Origin: an uncultured Gemmatimonadota bacterium
GTDB taxonomy: Bacteria > ARS69
Assembly: GCA_964471155.1 (NCBI GenBank)
Contig: CAYYFX010000002.1
Location: 9,852-73,851 of the forward strand
DNA length: 64,000 nucleotides
Direction: 5' to 3'
This document shows positions 47,099-55,048 of this stretch, one piece after another; positions within the stretch are counted from its first letter, which is position 1; each line of letters begins with the position of its first letter. Under the pieces are notes generated by a model. That model had not been told where the DNA came from. It did no database searches and was given only the letters and a program-made list of their open reading frames with translations. The translations under genes were made by a program, and so were the position numbers.

Positions 47099-48658
47099 CT
47101 AGTCTTCCGTTCCGTCCGCGGCGATGCCGTGGTCCTCGAGCAGCGAGCCCTCCGCACGCGCCATCTCCGCGCGCGCGAGGCGGTAGTCCGTGCGGGCCGA
47201 GATCTCGTCCAGCCGCGCGCGGGACAGGTCATTCTGGCGGGTCAGCACCAGGAAGTTCGTGGAGAGCCCGGTGGCGTAGCGGTCCCGCTCGGCGTCGAGC
47301 TGGACCTCCGCGGCCTCGCGCGCGGCGCGAGCGGCCTCGATCCGCTGTCCCGCCGTCTCCAGCGCGGCCACCGCGTCCAGGACCTCCGCCCGGATCCCCT
47401 TCCGGATCCGCGCGAGGTCCGCTTCGGCCCGGCGCTCCGCGCGGCGCGCCACCTCCGCGGACGCGCGCGCGGTCCGGTTCGGGATCGGCAGCGCCAGCAC
47501 GAGCGCCACGCGCGCCTCGTCGAAGTCGCCGTCGCCCAGCGTCCCGAAGGACCGGCCCAGCCCGCCGTCCAGGCGGGCGGGAAGCGCCTCGTCGCCGGCG
47601 GCCGGGTTCGCCTCGCCCGCCAGCCCGTAGCGGTCGTACGAGAGGACGGCGTCCAGCGACGGCCACACGCCGTCGCGCGCATGGCTCGTCTCGGCCGCGC
47701 GACGCTGCACGACGGCGCGCGCCTCCTCCAGTTCCGGGCGGCGCTCGAGCGCCCGCCGCAGCGCCGCGCCCGCGTCCACCGGCTCCGGATCGGCCGCGGC
47801 GCTGTCCACGGGAACGAGGCCGGTGAGCCATGCGGCATCCTGGTCGTCGCCGAGGATGAGGAGCTTCAGGGTGTTCTCCGTGCGCGCGACCACCTCGCGG
47901 GCGGCCAGCAGCTCGCCGCGCCGGCGCTCCAGCTCCGCGCGCGGCTGCGCCAGCTCCGTCTCCGGCGCCATCCCGCTCGCCACCCGCTCCCCCGTCACCG
48001 CGAGCTGCTCCTCGGCGAGCTGCACGGCCTCGGCCCGCACACCCTCGGCCAGCCGGGTGGCCGCCAGGGTCCAGTACGCCTCCTCCACCGCCGCCACCGT
48101 CTCCGTACGCGCGCGCGCGAGCGCCGCTTCGGCGCCGCGCTCGCCCGCCCGGGACACGCGCACGGCCAGACGCGCCGCATCGATGGAACGGTCGCGCAGC
48201 AGGGGTTGGCGCAGTTCCACGCCGAGCCGCGTCCCGTACGCCGGCGACAGCCGGGCGAACACCCCGTCCGTCTCCTCCCGCTCGCCGCGCGCCCGCAAGG
48301 ACAGGGCGCCGCCGGTGGGCAGGAGCTGCCGCACGGTGACGCCGCCGCCCGCGGTCTCCACCTCGGGCGCCAGCCCGTCGTCCGGCCCGCCGGCGAAGGA
48401 CGAGTTCACGGGCGTGGTGGCCTGCGACCAGCCCGCGTCGATCTCCACCGTGGGGTCGTACGCTCCCCTCGCAGCGGACACCGAGGCCCGGGCCGCGGCC
48501 AGCGCTTCCCGCTCGATCACGAGGGGCTCGCTCTTCTCCAGGGCGAGACGTACGGCCTCGTCGAGGGTCAAGGAACGCTCCGCCCCCGCCGCGGGGAGCC
48601 CGGCCAGCCCCGGCAGGAGCAGCAGGGCCGCGAGGGCCCGGGAGGCGTTCGCGCTCAC
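47099..48658 (-). CDS. TolC-family outer membrane efflux protein (519 aa)
   Basis: Signal peptide is VSANASRALAALLLLPGLAGLPAAGA. It carries LTLDEAVRLALE and two repeated TolC half-domains. The GTG start overlaps the stop of the upstream small gene (GTGA). Confidence 0.88.
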   Translation of the reverse strand: MSANASRALAALLLLPGLAGLPAAGAERSLTLDEAVRLALEKSEPLVIEREALAAARASVSAARGAYDPTVEIDAGWSQATTPVNSSFAGGPDDGLAPEVETAGGGVTVRQLLPTGGALSLRARGEREETDGVFARLSPAYGTRLGVELRQPLLRDRSIDAARLAVRVSRAGERGAEAALARARTETVAAVEEAYWTLAATRLAEGVRAEAVQLAEEQLAVTGERVASGMAPETELAQPRAELERRRGELLAAREVVARTENTLKLLILGDDQDAAWLTGLVPVDSAAADPEPVDAGAALRRALERRPELEEARAVVQRRAAETSHARDGVWPSLDAVLSYDRYGLAGEANPAAGDEALPARLDGGLGRSFGTLGDGDFDEARVALVLALPIPNRTARASAEVARRAERRAEADLARIRKGIRAEVLDAVAALETAGQRIEAARAAREAAEVQLDAERDRYATGLSTNFLVLTRQNDLSRARLDEISARTDYRLARAEMARAEGSLLEDHGIAADGTED

Positions 48659-48891
48659 GAGACACCTCCTTCGAGATCCGTCTTCTGCAGCCGCGGGTCG
48701 ATCGCCCCGGCGAACCGGTTCAACTCCCCGGGATCGAGCGCGGCCAGCGACCGGCACTCCGAGGGCGTCAGGTCCACGCCGTTCTCCCGCATCATGCGCA
48801 GCGCCTCCCGGGGATTCCGGGAGAAGTGGCGGCGGGCCATCTCGTCCGTCGCCAGCCGTCCGATCACGCGTTCCACATTCACTTGGCTCAT
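48655..48891 (-). CDS. small cytoplasmic NHLP/Nif11-leader-like protein (78 aa; Os1348-type NHLP-clan-like from memory)
   Basis: Sequence: MSQVNVERVIGRLATDEMARRHFSRNPREALRMMRENGVDLTPSECRSLAALDPGELNRFAGAIDPRLQKTDLEGGVS. A GGAGAA RBS is present. There is no signal peptide. It is translationally coupled to the TolC-like gene. Confidence 0.7.
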   Translation of the reverse strand: MSQVNVERVIGRLATDEMARRHFSRNPREALRMMRENGVDLTPSECRSLAALDPGELNRFAGAIDPRLQKTDLEGGVS

Positions 48892-48923
48892 TCCCCGTTC
48901 TCCGTGGTTCCGCCCTTGCCATC

Positions 48924-48938
48924 TCAAGGGACGTGCCA
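48924..48938 (-). promoter_or_regulatory. sigma54-type -24/-12 promoter candidate (TGGCACG-TCCC-TTGA)
   Basis: Minus strand reads TTTGGCACGTCCCTTGAGA, against consensus TGGCACG-N4-TTGCW. The only deviation is C to A at -12. The element ends 33 nt upstream of the small-gene ATG. Confidence 0.5.
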
Positions 48939-49032
48939 AACCGCGGGAGACGGGAAGGAATCGCGCAGCGTGCGGCGGGGACTCGACTTGCGCACGAGCG
49001 CGCGAGCGGCGTCGCGATGCGGACGGGCGGGG

Positions 49033-49073
49033 CGGTGTCGGCGGATCGACACCGGTGTCGGTGCATCCGCACC
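49033..49073 (-). promoter_or_regulatory. candidate enhancer (UAS) for the adjacent sigma54 activator
   Basis: There is a perfect 8-6-8 palindrome CGGTGTCG-GCGGAT-CGACACCG (49033..49054). A third CGGTGTCGG copy sits at 49053..49061, 20 bp from the first. A GGTGC-ATCC-GCACC palindrome lies at 49060..49073. All are about 100-135 bp upstream of the -24 element. Confidence 0.35.
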
Positions 49074-49183
49074 GTCGCCGACGGGACGACCACCGCAAGA
49101 CGACGCGCCGGACCCGCTCGGGAGTCCGGCGCCCGTGGATGTTGAGGATCCGGTCAAGGAGCCCCGCGGCGCGGGGCCCGCGA

Positions 49184-51307
49184 TCAGCGGATGCCGTGCT
49201 TCTCCAGCCGCCAGTAGAGCTGCGCGCGGCTCAGTCCGAGCGCGCGCGCGGCCTGCGACTTGTTGCCGTTCGACTGCGCGAGCGCCTTCACGACGAGATC
49301 GCGCTCGGCCGCGTCGAGATTCAGTCCGCCGCCGGCGGGCGCCGGATGGGCCGGGCGGGGCGCGTTCCCGTTCGTCCCGGTGCGCGACTCGGCCTCCGGT
49401 TCGTCCTCCGGCGCGGCCGGCGGGCGCGGCGCCGGCAAGTGCTCGCGCGTGATCAGCCCGCCGTCGGAGAGGAGGATCGCCCGCTCGATGGCGTTCCGGA
49501 GCTCCCGCACGTTCCCCGGCCACGCGTACGTCAACAGGGCTTCCCGCGCGTCCCGCGAGATGCCGGCCGCGGGCCGGGTCATCGTGCGTCCCAGGTCCTG
49601 CAGGAAGACCTCCGCCAGCGGGAGGATGTCCTCGGGACGTTCACGCAGCGGCGCGATGTGGATGGTGAACACGTTCAGCCGGTAGTAGAGGTCCTCGCGG
49701 AACGTGCGCCGCGCGATGCCGGCCGCGAGATCGCGGTTCGTGGCCGCGATGATCCGCACGTCGGCCGCCAGCGTGGCGGTGCCGCCCACGCGCTGGAACT
49801 CCCGCTGCTCCAGGACGCGCAGGAGCTTCGCCTGGACGGCCGGACTCATCTCCGCGATCTCGTCCAGGAACAGGGTGCCGCCCGACGCCTGCTCGATCTT
49901 CCCCACCTTCGTGGCGATCGCGCCGGTGAACGCGCCCTTCTCGTGCCCGAAGAGCTCGGACTCCAGCAACTGCTCCGGCAGGGCCGCGCAGTTGATCGCC
50001 ACGAGCGGCCTCCCCGCGCGCGGCGACCCCTGGTGCAGGAGCTGGGAGACGACCTCCTTGCCGGTGCCCGACTCGCCGGTGACGAGCACGGTGGTCTCGG
50101 ACGGGGCCACGCGTCCCACGTCCCGCAGGGTCGCCCGCCAGGACCGCGACACGCCCGCGATACGGCCGCGGCCCCGCGTCTGCAGCTCCCGGGAGAGCGT
50201 CTCCACCGTGGCCTCCAGCCGCTGGGCGCGCTCCCGCGCCTCCGCCGCCACGCGCGCCTCCTCGGCCAGCCGCTGGTGCGAGAGGGCCACCGCCAGGCGA
50301 TCCGCGAAGCGGCGCGCCACCTCCACGTCCTCCATGGTGTAGCGGCCCGGCTCGCGGTGCAGAATCACGAGCGACCCCTTCACCTCCTCCCACAGCCGGA
50401 CCGGAACGCGAAGCCACGAGCGCATGCCCGTACCGAGCAGCACACGGTTGCGCTCGGTGTCCGGCGCGAGCTCCTCCTTCAGGTCCCGCACGATCTCGTG
50501 GTCCAGCAGGCGCCGGCGGGACTCCTCCTCGGTGAAGCGGATCGGCCGGTCCGGGGCGGGGCCGTCCGACTCGCCGGCATAGGCCACGACGCGGAAGGTG
50601 CGCGTGTCCTCGTCCAGCTCCGTGAGGCTGATCAGGTGGTGCGGCAGCACCGGCTTGACGGCCTCGGAGATCGTCTCGAACACCGCCGTCACGTCCAGCG
50701 TGTCCGCAAGCGACCGGAGCGCCACCTCCAGGAGGTCCAGCCGTTCGCGGCGGCGCCGATCCGCATCCCAGATGCGCCAGTGCTCCACCGCGGACCCGAG
50801 CAGCGCCGCGATCGGTTGCAGCACCTGCTGGTGCTCCTCGGTGAACGCGGACGGCTGGTACGAGGACAGCCAGACCCCGCCGCGGAACGTGTCCCGGGAG
50901 CGGAAGGGCTCCCACATCCCGGACCGCACGCCCCCCTGCAGCGCCTTGGCGTCCACCGGGAAGTGCGCGTCGAATTCCTCCCACGCGTCGTCGATGCGCG
51001 GGTTCGGCCCGGGGCGCGGGCGCATGCGCGGCGACCAGGACGTCAGCGGGATGGGCTCCATGCACTCCAGGGAGCTGCCGCCGCACGGGAACGTGCTGGC
51101 GTGGATGACCGCGCGATCGCCGTCCACGACGCGCACGACGCCCATGTGATCGAACGGGATCAGCTCGCGGACGCAGGTGGCCACGCGGTCGAAGACCTCC
51201 TGCAGCTCCAGGGTCTCCGACGCGATGTCCGCGATCCGGGCCAGGCAACGGGCGACACGCTGGGCATCGACCGCGCTCGGGGTCAGTTCACCGACGGTGA
51301 GGCTCAT
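49184..51307 (-). CDS. sigma54-dependent Fis-family transcriptional activator with two N-terminal GAF-like domains (707 aa)
   Basis: AAA+ core: [14 protein letters not shown]...[13 protein letters not shown] (GAFTGA loop)...[10 protein letters not shown]-terminal HTH: [27 protein letters not shown]. There is no receiver domain. GGAGAA lies before the ATG at 51307. Confidence 0.92.
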   Translation of the reverse strand: MSLTVGELTPSAVDAQRVARCLARIADIASETLELQEVFDRVATCVRELIPFDHMGVVRVVDGDRAVIHASTFPCGGSSLECMEPIPLTSWSPRMRPRPGPNPRIDDAWEEFDAHFPVDAKALQGGVRSGMWEPFRSRDTFRGGVWLSSYQPSAFTEEHQQVLQPIAALLGSAVEHWRIWDADRRRRERLDLLEVALRSLADTLDVTAVFETISEAVKPVLPHHLISLTELDEDTRTFRVVAYAGESDGPAPDRPIRFTEEESRRRLLDHEIVRDLKEELAPDTERNRVLLGTGMRSWLRVPVRLWEEVKGSLVILHREPGRYTMEDVEVARRFADRLAVALSHQRLAEEARVAAEARERAQRLEATVETLSRELQTRGRGRIAGVSRSWRATLRDVGRVAPSETTVLVTGESGTGKEVVSQLLHQGSPRAGRPLVAINCAALPEQLLESELFGHEKGAFTGAIATKVGKIEQASGGTLFLDEIAEMSPAVQAKLLRVLEQREFQRVGGTATLAADVRIIAATNRDLAAGIARRTFREDLYYRLNVFTIHIAPLRERPEDILPLAEVFLQDLGRTMTRPAAGISRDAREALLTYAWPGNVRELRNAIERAILLSDGGLITREHLPAPRPPAAPEDEPEAESRTGTNGNAPRPAHPAPAGGGLNLDAAERDLVVKALAQSNGNKSQAARALGLSRAQLYWRLEKHGIR

Positions 51308-51512
51308 GAGGTTCTCCGATGCGCCCACGCACCCGAGCGATTCCGGAAGAAACGGCGCGCGGAACGTCGCGTCAAGGGAACGAAAGATGAGCGCACGATC
51401 CCGTTCTCTCGCGGGCCGCTCGCCCTTTCCGGACGACGAACGGAGTCGGATCGGATCGACACGCGACGCGAGGAAGCGAGGCGGACAGCGACCGGGATCC
51501 CGGACGCGCCGA

Positions 51513-52964
51513 TCAGGAATGCGCGCGCATCGCCGCCGCGATCGCGGCGCTGAGGATGCGGTTGCCCTCGCCGTTGAAGTGGCAGCAGCTGTCCACGTAC
51601 AGCGTGCCGCCGGCCTCCTCGAAGGCCATGGTCAGGTCGTGGAACTCCACGCCCGCGTCGCGCAGGTCCCGTCCGGCGGCGCGAAGCAGCGGGTACCCCT
51701 CCTCCACCACCGGCCGGTACGGGCTCCCGGCATCGAACGCGTTCGCGCGCTCCGTGGCCGACAGCGGCTTCGAGCCCGGCAGGTACTGGTTCGGCTGCAG
51801 GACGTGCACGTAGCGGATGCCGTGCGCGTCGCACAGCGCCTTCAGCTGCAGGGAGGAGCGGCGCCAGACCTCCACGCACCACGGCACCAGGCCGCCCGCC
51901 GGGGCGTGATCCCGCTCCGGGCCCCGCACGAAGTACGGGATCTCGTCCACGGGGAAGGTCCGCAACTCCCACGCGTAGCGCGCGGCCTTGCGTTCGAGGT
52001 CGCGGTCCGAGAGCTTCCAGAGCAGACGCGCGGTGGCGGAGCGCGAGGCCGGCGACGCGCGGAAGCGCGCCGCGCGCACACGCCGCTCGTCCGTGACGTA
52101 GGCCATCGCCCCGAGCGCCCGCCGGACGCCGGGATCGGGCGTGTCCAGCGCCACCATGCTCCAGTTCATCGGGTACAGCGGGTGCGCGCCCTGCGCCGCG
52201 TTGAGCGCCACGGGCACGGCGATCTCGTTGAACCCGTCCAGGTTCAGCACGATGTCGAAGGCGCCGCCCTGCGCGAGGACGGATGCGAGCTGGATGACCT
52301 GCTGCGGCTGGTGGTAGCCGGGCATCCCGAGACGGACGAACTCGATCTCCTTCCCCTCGAACGCGCCGCCCTCGCGCAGCGCCCGCTCCAGGTGCGCCAG
52401 GTGGAAGCTGCCGAGCTGCCCTGCCACGGACCCGCCCAGGATCCCGATCAGGACCGTGCCGTTCCGGCGGGCGCGGACTGCCGGGCGGTCGTCCAGGAAA
52501 CCGTCCGCGGAGATGTGGATGCCCGGGGGCAGCGGCGGGTCGCCCTCCTTGCGCGGCGTGTAGACGTAGCCCAGGTAGGGGTGCAGGGACATCGCGGGGT
52601 CGCGGAAGCCGAGGCCGGCGCGCTCGCGCGCGGCGCGGACGTCGGGAACCGCGGGATCGGCCGCCGCGGAGGAGTCGGCCGGCGCGGCGCTGTCGGCAGC
52701 GGCACCGCCGCCGGCCGCCGCGGAATCGGGGGCCGTGGACGAGTCCGCGCGGTCCCGTCGCGTCCCGTCCCCGTCGCGATCCGCTTCGTCCTCCCGGGGG
52801 ACGGCTTCGTCCCCGCTCGCGGCCGAGGCGATCGCGTCCGCGCCGCCGGCCACGCGCGCGTACAGCGCGGCGGACACGAGCTCGATCACCACGATCGCCA
52901 GCGCGATTGCCGCCAGCGGGAACAGGATGCGCCGGCGTGCCGGCGCCCGGGACTCGTTCGTCAT
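51513..52964 (-). CDS. membrane-anchored hypothetical protein, possible SGNH/DltD-like acyl-esterase fold (483 aa)
   Basis: It has an N-terminal TM helix ([23 protein letters not shown]) and an acidic Ala/Asp-rich linker. The globular domain carries ILGGSVAGQ near its start and [12 protein letters not shown] near its end, reminiscent of SGNH blocks I and V. Confidence 0.7.
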   Translation of the reverse strand: MTNESRAPARRRILFPLAAIALAIVVIELVSAALYARVAGGADAIASAASGDEAVPREDEADRDGDGTRRDRADSSTAPDSAAAGGGAAADSAAPADSSAAADPAVPDVRAARERAGLGFRDPAMSLHPYLGYVYTPRKEGDPPLPPGIHISADGFLDDRPAVRARRNGTVLIGILGGSVAGQLGSFHLAHLERALREGGAFEGKEIEFVRLGMPGYHQPQQVIQLASVLAQGGAFDIVLNLDGFNEIAVPVALNAAQGAHPLYPMNWSMVALDTPDPGVRRALGAMAYVTDERRVRAARFRASPASRSATARLLWKLSDRDLERKAARYAWELRTFPVDEIPYFVRGPERDHAPAGGLVPWCVEVWRRSSLQLKALCDAHGIRYVHVLQPNQYLPGSKPLSATERANAFDAGSPYRPVVEEGYPLLRAAGRDLRDAGVEFHDLTMAFEEAGGTLYVDSCCHFNGEGNRILSAAIAAAMRAHS

Positions 52965-53038
52965 GAGCGGAGCATGCACGGTCCCCCCTCGTCCCGCTTT
53001 CACGATCCTGCACGCGCCGCGCGTGCTAGCATCCCGGC

Positions 53039-53959
53039 ATGCAACGTCCCGCGCGCCGCGCGCACGAGCCCTGGCCGCTTCCCGTGGTCGCCGCCTCCGC
53101 GCCGGCGACGGAGGGCGCCGCCACGCGCCTCGTGCACGACGACGGCGCGGTGCAGATCCTCTCCTGGGCGTGCCGCGCGGACTGCGCGGCGCTGCGCGCC
53201 GAGCGTACCCACTCGCACCACGTGATCTCGATCCTGCGGCGCGGCGCGTGCACGGTGCGCCAGGCCGGGCGCACCGTCACCGTGGACCCCGCCGCGATCC
53301 TGGTGCACCGGCCCGGCGCCACCTACCACACGCGGCACCCCTGGGGCTTCGTCGACGCGGGATGGAGCCTGGCGTACGACGATGCCGTGGCGGACGAGGT
53401 GCTCGACGTCTGCGGGGCCGGGCGCAGGACGTGGCCGCCGTCGCGCCTCGTGCGCCCGCGGGGTGCGCGCGAGCTCGCCGGCGTGTTCGCGGCGCTGTGC
53501 CGGCTCGAGGCGGGCGCGCCGCCCGATCCTCTCGTGGCGCAGGGTGCGGCCCTGCACCTGCTCGCGAGCGCGCACGATCCCGACGCCTTCGCTTGGTCCG
53601 CCTCCGACCCCTCGCGCGCCGCGGAGCGTGCGCTCGTGGATCGCGCGTGCGAGTCGCTGCGCGCGCGCATGGGGGATCCCGTGCGGCTGAGCGAGGTCGC
53701 GCGGGACTGCGGCGTCTCGGAGTTCCGGCTCTACCGCGCGTTCCGCCGGCAGCGCGGCGCCACGCCGGGCGCGGTGCTGCGGGATCTGCGCGTGGCGGCG
53801 GTGCTGGACGCCCTGTCCCGCGGCGCGCGGTCGCTCGCGGACGTGGCGCTGGACGCCGGCTTCGCCAGCCACAGCCACATGACGGCCACGTTCACCCGGC
53901 ACGTGGGCCGCACGCCCGGCGGCATGCGGCGCGCGATGCGCCCGTCAGCGGCGGTCTGA
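53039..53959 (+). CDS. AraC family transcriptional regulator (306 aa)
   Basis: The C-terminal double HTH reads VRLSEVARDCGVSEFRLYRAFRRQRGATPGAVLRDLRV...LADVALDAGFASHSHMTATFTRHVGRTPG. Confidence 0.88.
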   Translation: MQRPARRAHEPWPLPVVAASAPATEGAATRLVHDDGAVQILSWACRADCAALRAERTHSHHVISILRRGACTVRQAGRTVTVDPAAILVHRPGATYHTRHPWGFVDAGWSLAYDDAVADEVLDVCGAGRRTWPPSRLVRPRGARELAGVFAALCRLEAGAPPDPLVAQGAALHLLASAHDPDAFAWSASDPSRAAERALVDRACESLRARMGDPVRLSEVARDCGVSEFRLYRAFRRQRGATPGAVLRDLRVAAVLDALSRGARSLADVALDAGFASHSHMTATFTRHVGRTPGGMRRAMRPSAAV

Positions 53960-54991
53960 CGCGGCGCGCTCCCCCGCCGCGCTCCCCGCCGTCCCGTCGG
54001 GACAGCGGTGCGTCTCCACGATCGTGTGCACGAGGCCCAGATCCTCCGGGAGCCGGCGCTTGTAGTCGTCCGGGGGCCGCGGGTGCCCTGCCACGACCGA
54101 GATCGTGGCCGCGAACAGGCCCGGCCCCACGGACCAGACGTGCAGGTCGGCGACGCGATCGTCGGTCCCGCGCTCGATCGACTCGCGGATCCGTTGCAGG
54201 ACGGGCGGGGGCGCCTGCTCGTCCAGGAGCACCCGGCTGGTGTCCCGCAGCAGCCCGCGCGACCAGCGCGCCACGAGGAACGCGCCGACGAACCCCATGG
54301 CCGGATCCAGCCACGCCGCCCCGAGGTACTTGCCGGCGAGTAGCGCGGCGATCGCGAGGACGGACGTGAGGGCGTCGGCGAGCACGTGCAGGTACGCCGC
54401 GCGCAGGTTGTGGTCCGCGGGACGCGGGGAGGATGCGTGGTCATGGTGGTGACCGCGGCCGTGGTCGTGCGCGTGGTCGTGCGCGTGATCATGATCGTGC
54501 TCGTGGCCATGGCCGTGGCCATGATCATGCCCGTGGCCCCCGGCGAGGATCAGCGCGCTCGCGCCGTTCACCACCAGCCCGAGCACCGCCACCAGCACGG
54601 CCTGGTCGAAGCGGATGGCCACCGGGTGCAGCATCCGCTCCGCGCTCTCCACGACCATGATGAGCGCGAAGACCGCCAGAAGGACGGCGCTCGTGAAGCC
54701 GCCGAGCGCGTTCACCTTCCCGGTCCCGAAGCTGTACCGCGGATCCCCCGCGCGGCGGCGCGCCACCACGTAGGCCACCGCCGTCACGGTGAGCGCCGCG
54801 GCGTGCGAGGCCATGTGCAGCCCGTCCGCCAGCAGCGCCATGGACCCGAACACGACCCCGGCCACGATCTCGGCCACCATCATGATCGCCGTGACCGCGA
54901 TCACCACGATCGTGCGGCGCTCGCCCTCCCGGCGGACGTCCTGCCCGAACGTGTGGTCGTGCTGCCAGTCCCGCAGCGAGCGCGTGTGCAT
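53945..54991 (-). CDS. dmeF: cation diffusion facilitator family metal efflux transporter, DmeF-like, with His-rich cytoplasmic loop (348 aa)
   Basis: Motifs: WQHDHTFGQD...GSMALLADGLHMASH...FGTGKVNALGGF...HVLADALTSV. The loop is GGHGHDHGHGHGHEHDHDHAHDHAHDHGRGHHHDH. Confidence 0.88.
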   Translation of the reverse strand: MHTRSLRDWQHDHTFGQDVRREGERRTIVVIAVTAIMMVAEIVAGVVFGSMALLADGLHMASHAAALTVTAVAYVVARRRAGDPRYSFGTGKVNALGGFTSAVLLAVFALIMVVESAERMLHPVAIRFDQAVLVAVLGLVVNGASALILAGGHGHDHGHGHGHEHDHDHAHDHAHDHGRGHHHDHASSPRPADHNLRAAYLHVLADALTSVLAIAALLAGKYLGAAWLDPAMGFVGAFLVARWSRGLLRDTSRVLLDEQAPPPVLQRIRESIERGTDDRVADLHVWSVGPGLFAATISVVAGHPRPPDDYKRRLPEDLGLVHTIVETHRCPDGTAGSAAGERAASDRR

Positions 54992-55048
54992 GGGTCCGCC
55001 CCCCTCGGTGCCGCAGGATAGCAGAGGAACGAGCGCGCGCCGGGCCGG

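Noticed and set aside
48655-48891. The small gene ahead of the TolC-MFP-RND genes considered as a CusF-like periplasmic metallochaperone.
   Set aside because: It has no signal peptide and no Met/His/Trp metal-binding motif, and its helical leader-like sequence differs from the CusF beta-barrel.
39640-51553. Giant ORFs of 1344-2126 aa spanning the RND and sigma54 region (39640..46020 -, 40155..46220 +, 46298..51553 +, plus the N-terminal extension of 42894..46928 -).
   Set aside because: They have the same compositional artefact. The genuine RND, MFP, TolC and EBP frames carry strong family signatures, RBSs and start/stop overlaps.
54437-54535. A microsatellite-like CAC/CAT/GAC repeat tract.
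   Set aside because: It is in frame within the CDF transporter and encodes its His-rich loop, so it is not a non-coding repeat. It is mentioned under the dmeF finding instead.
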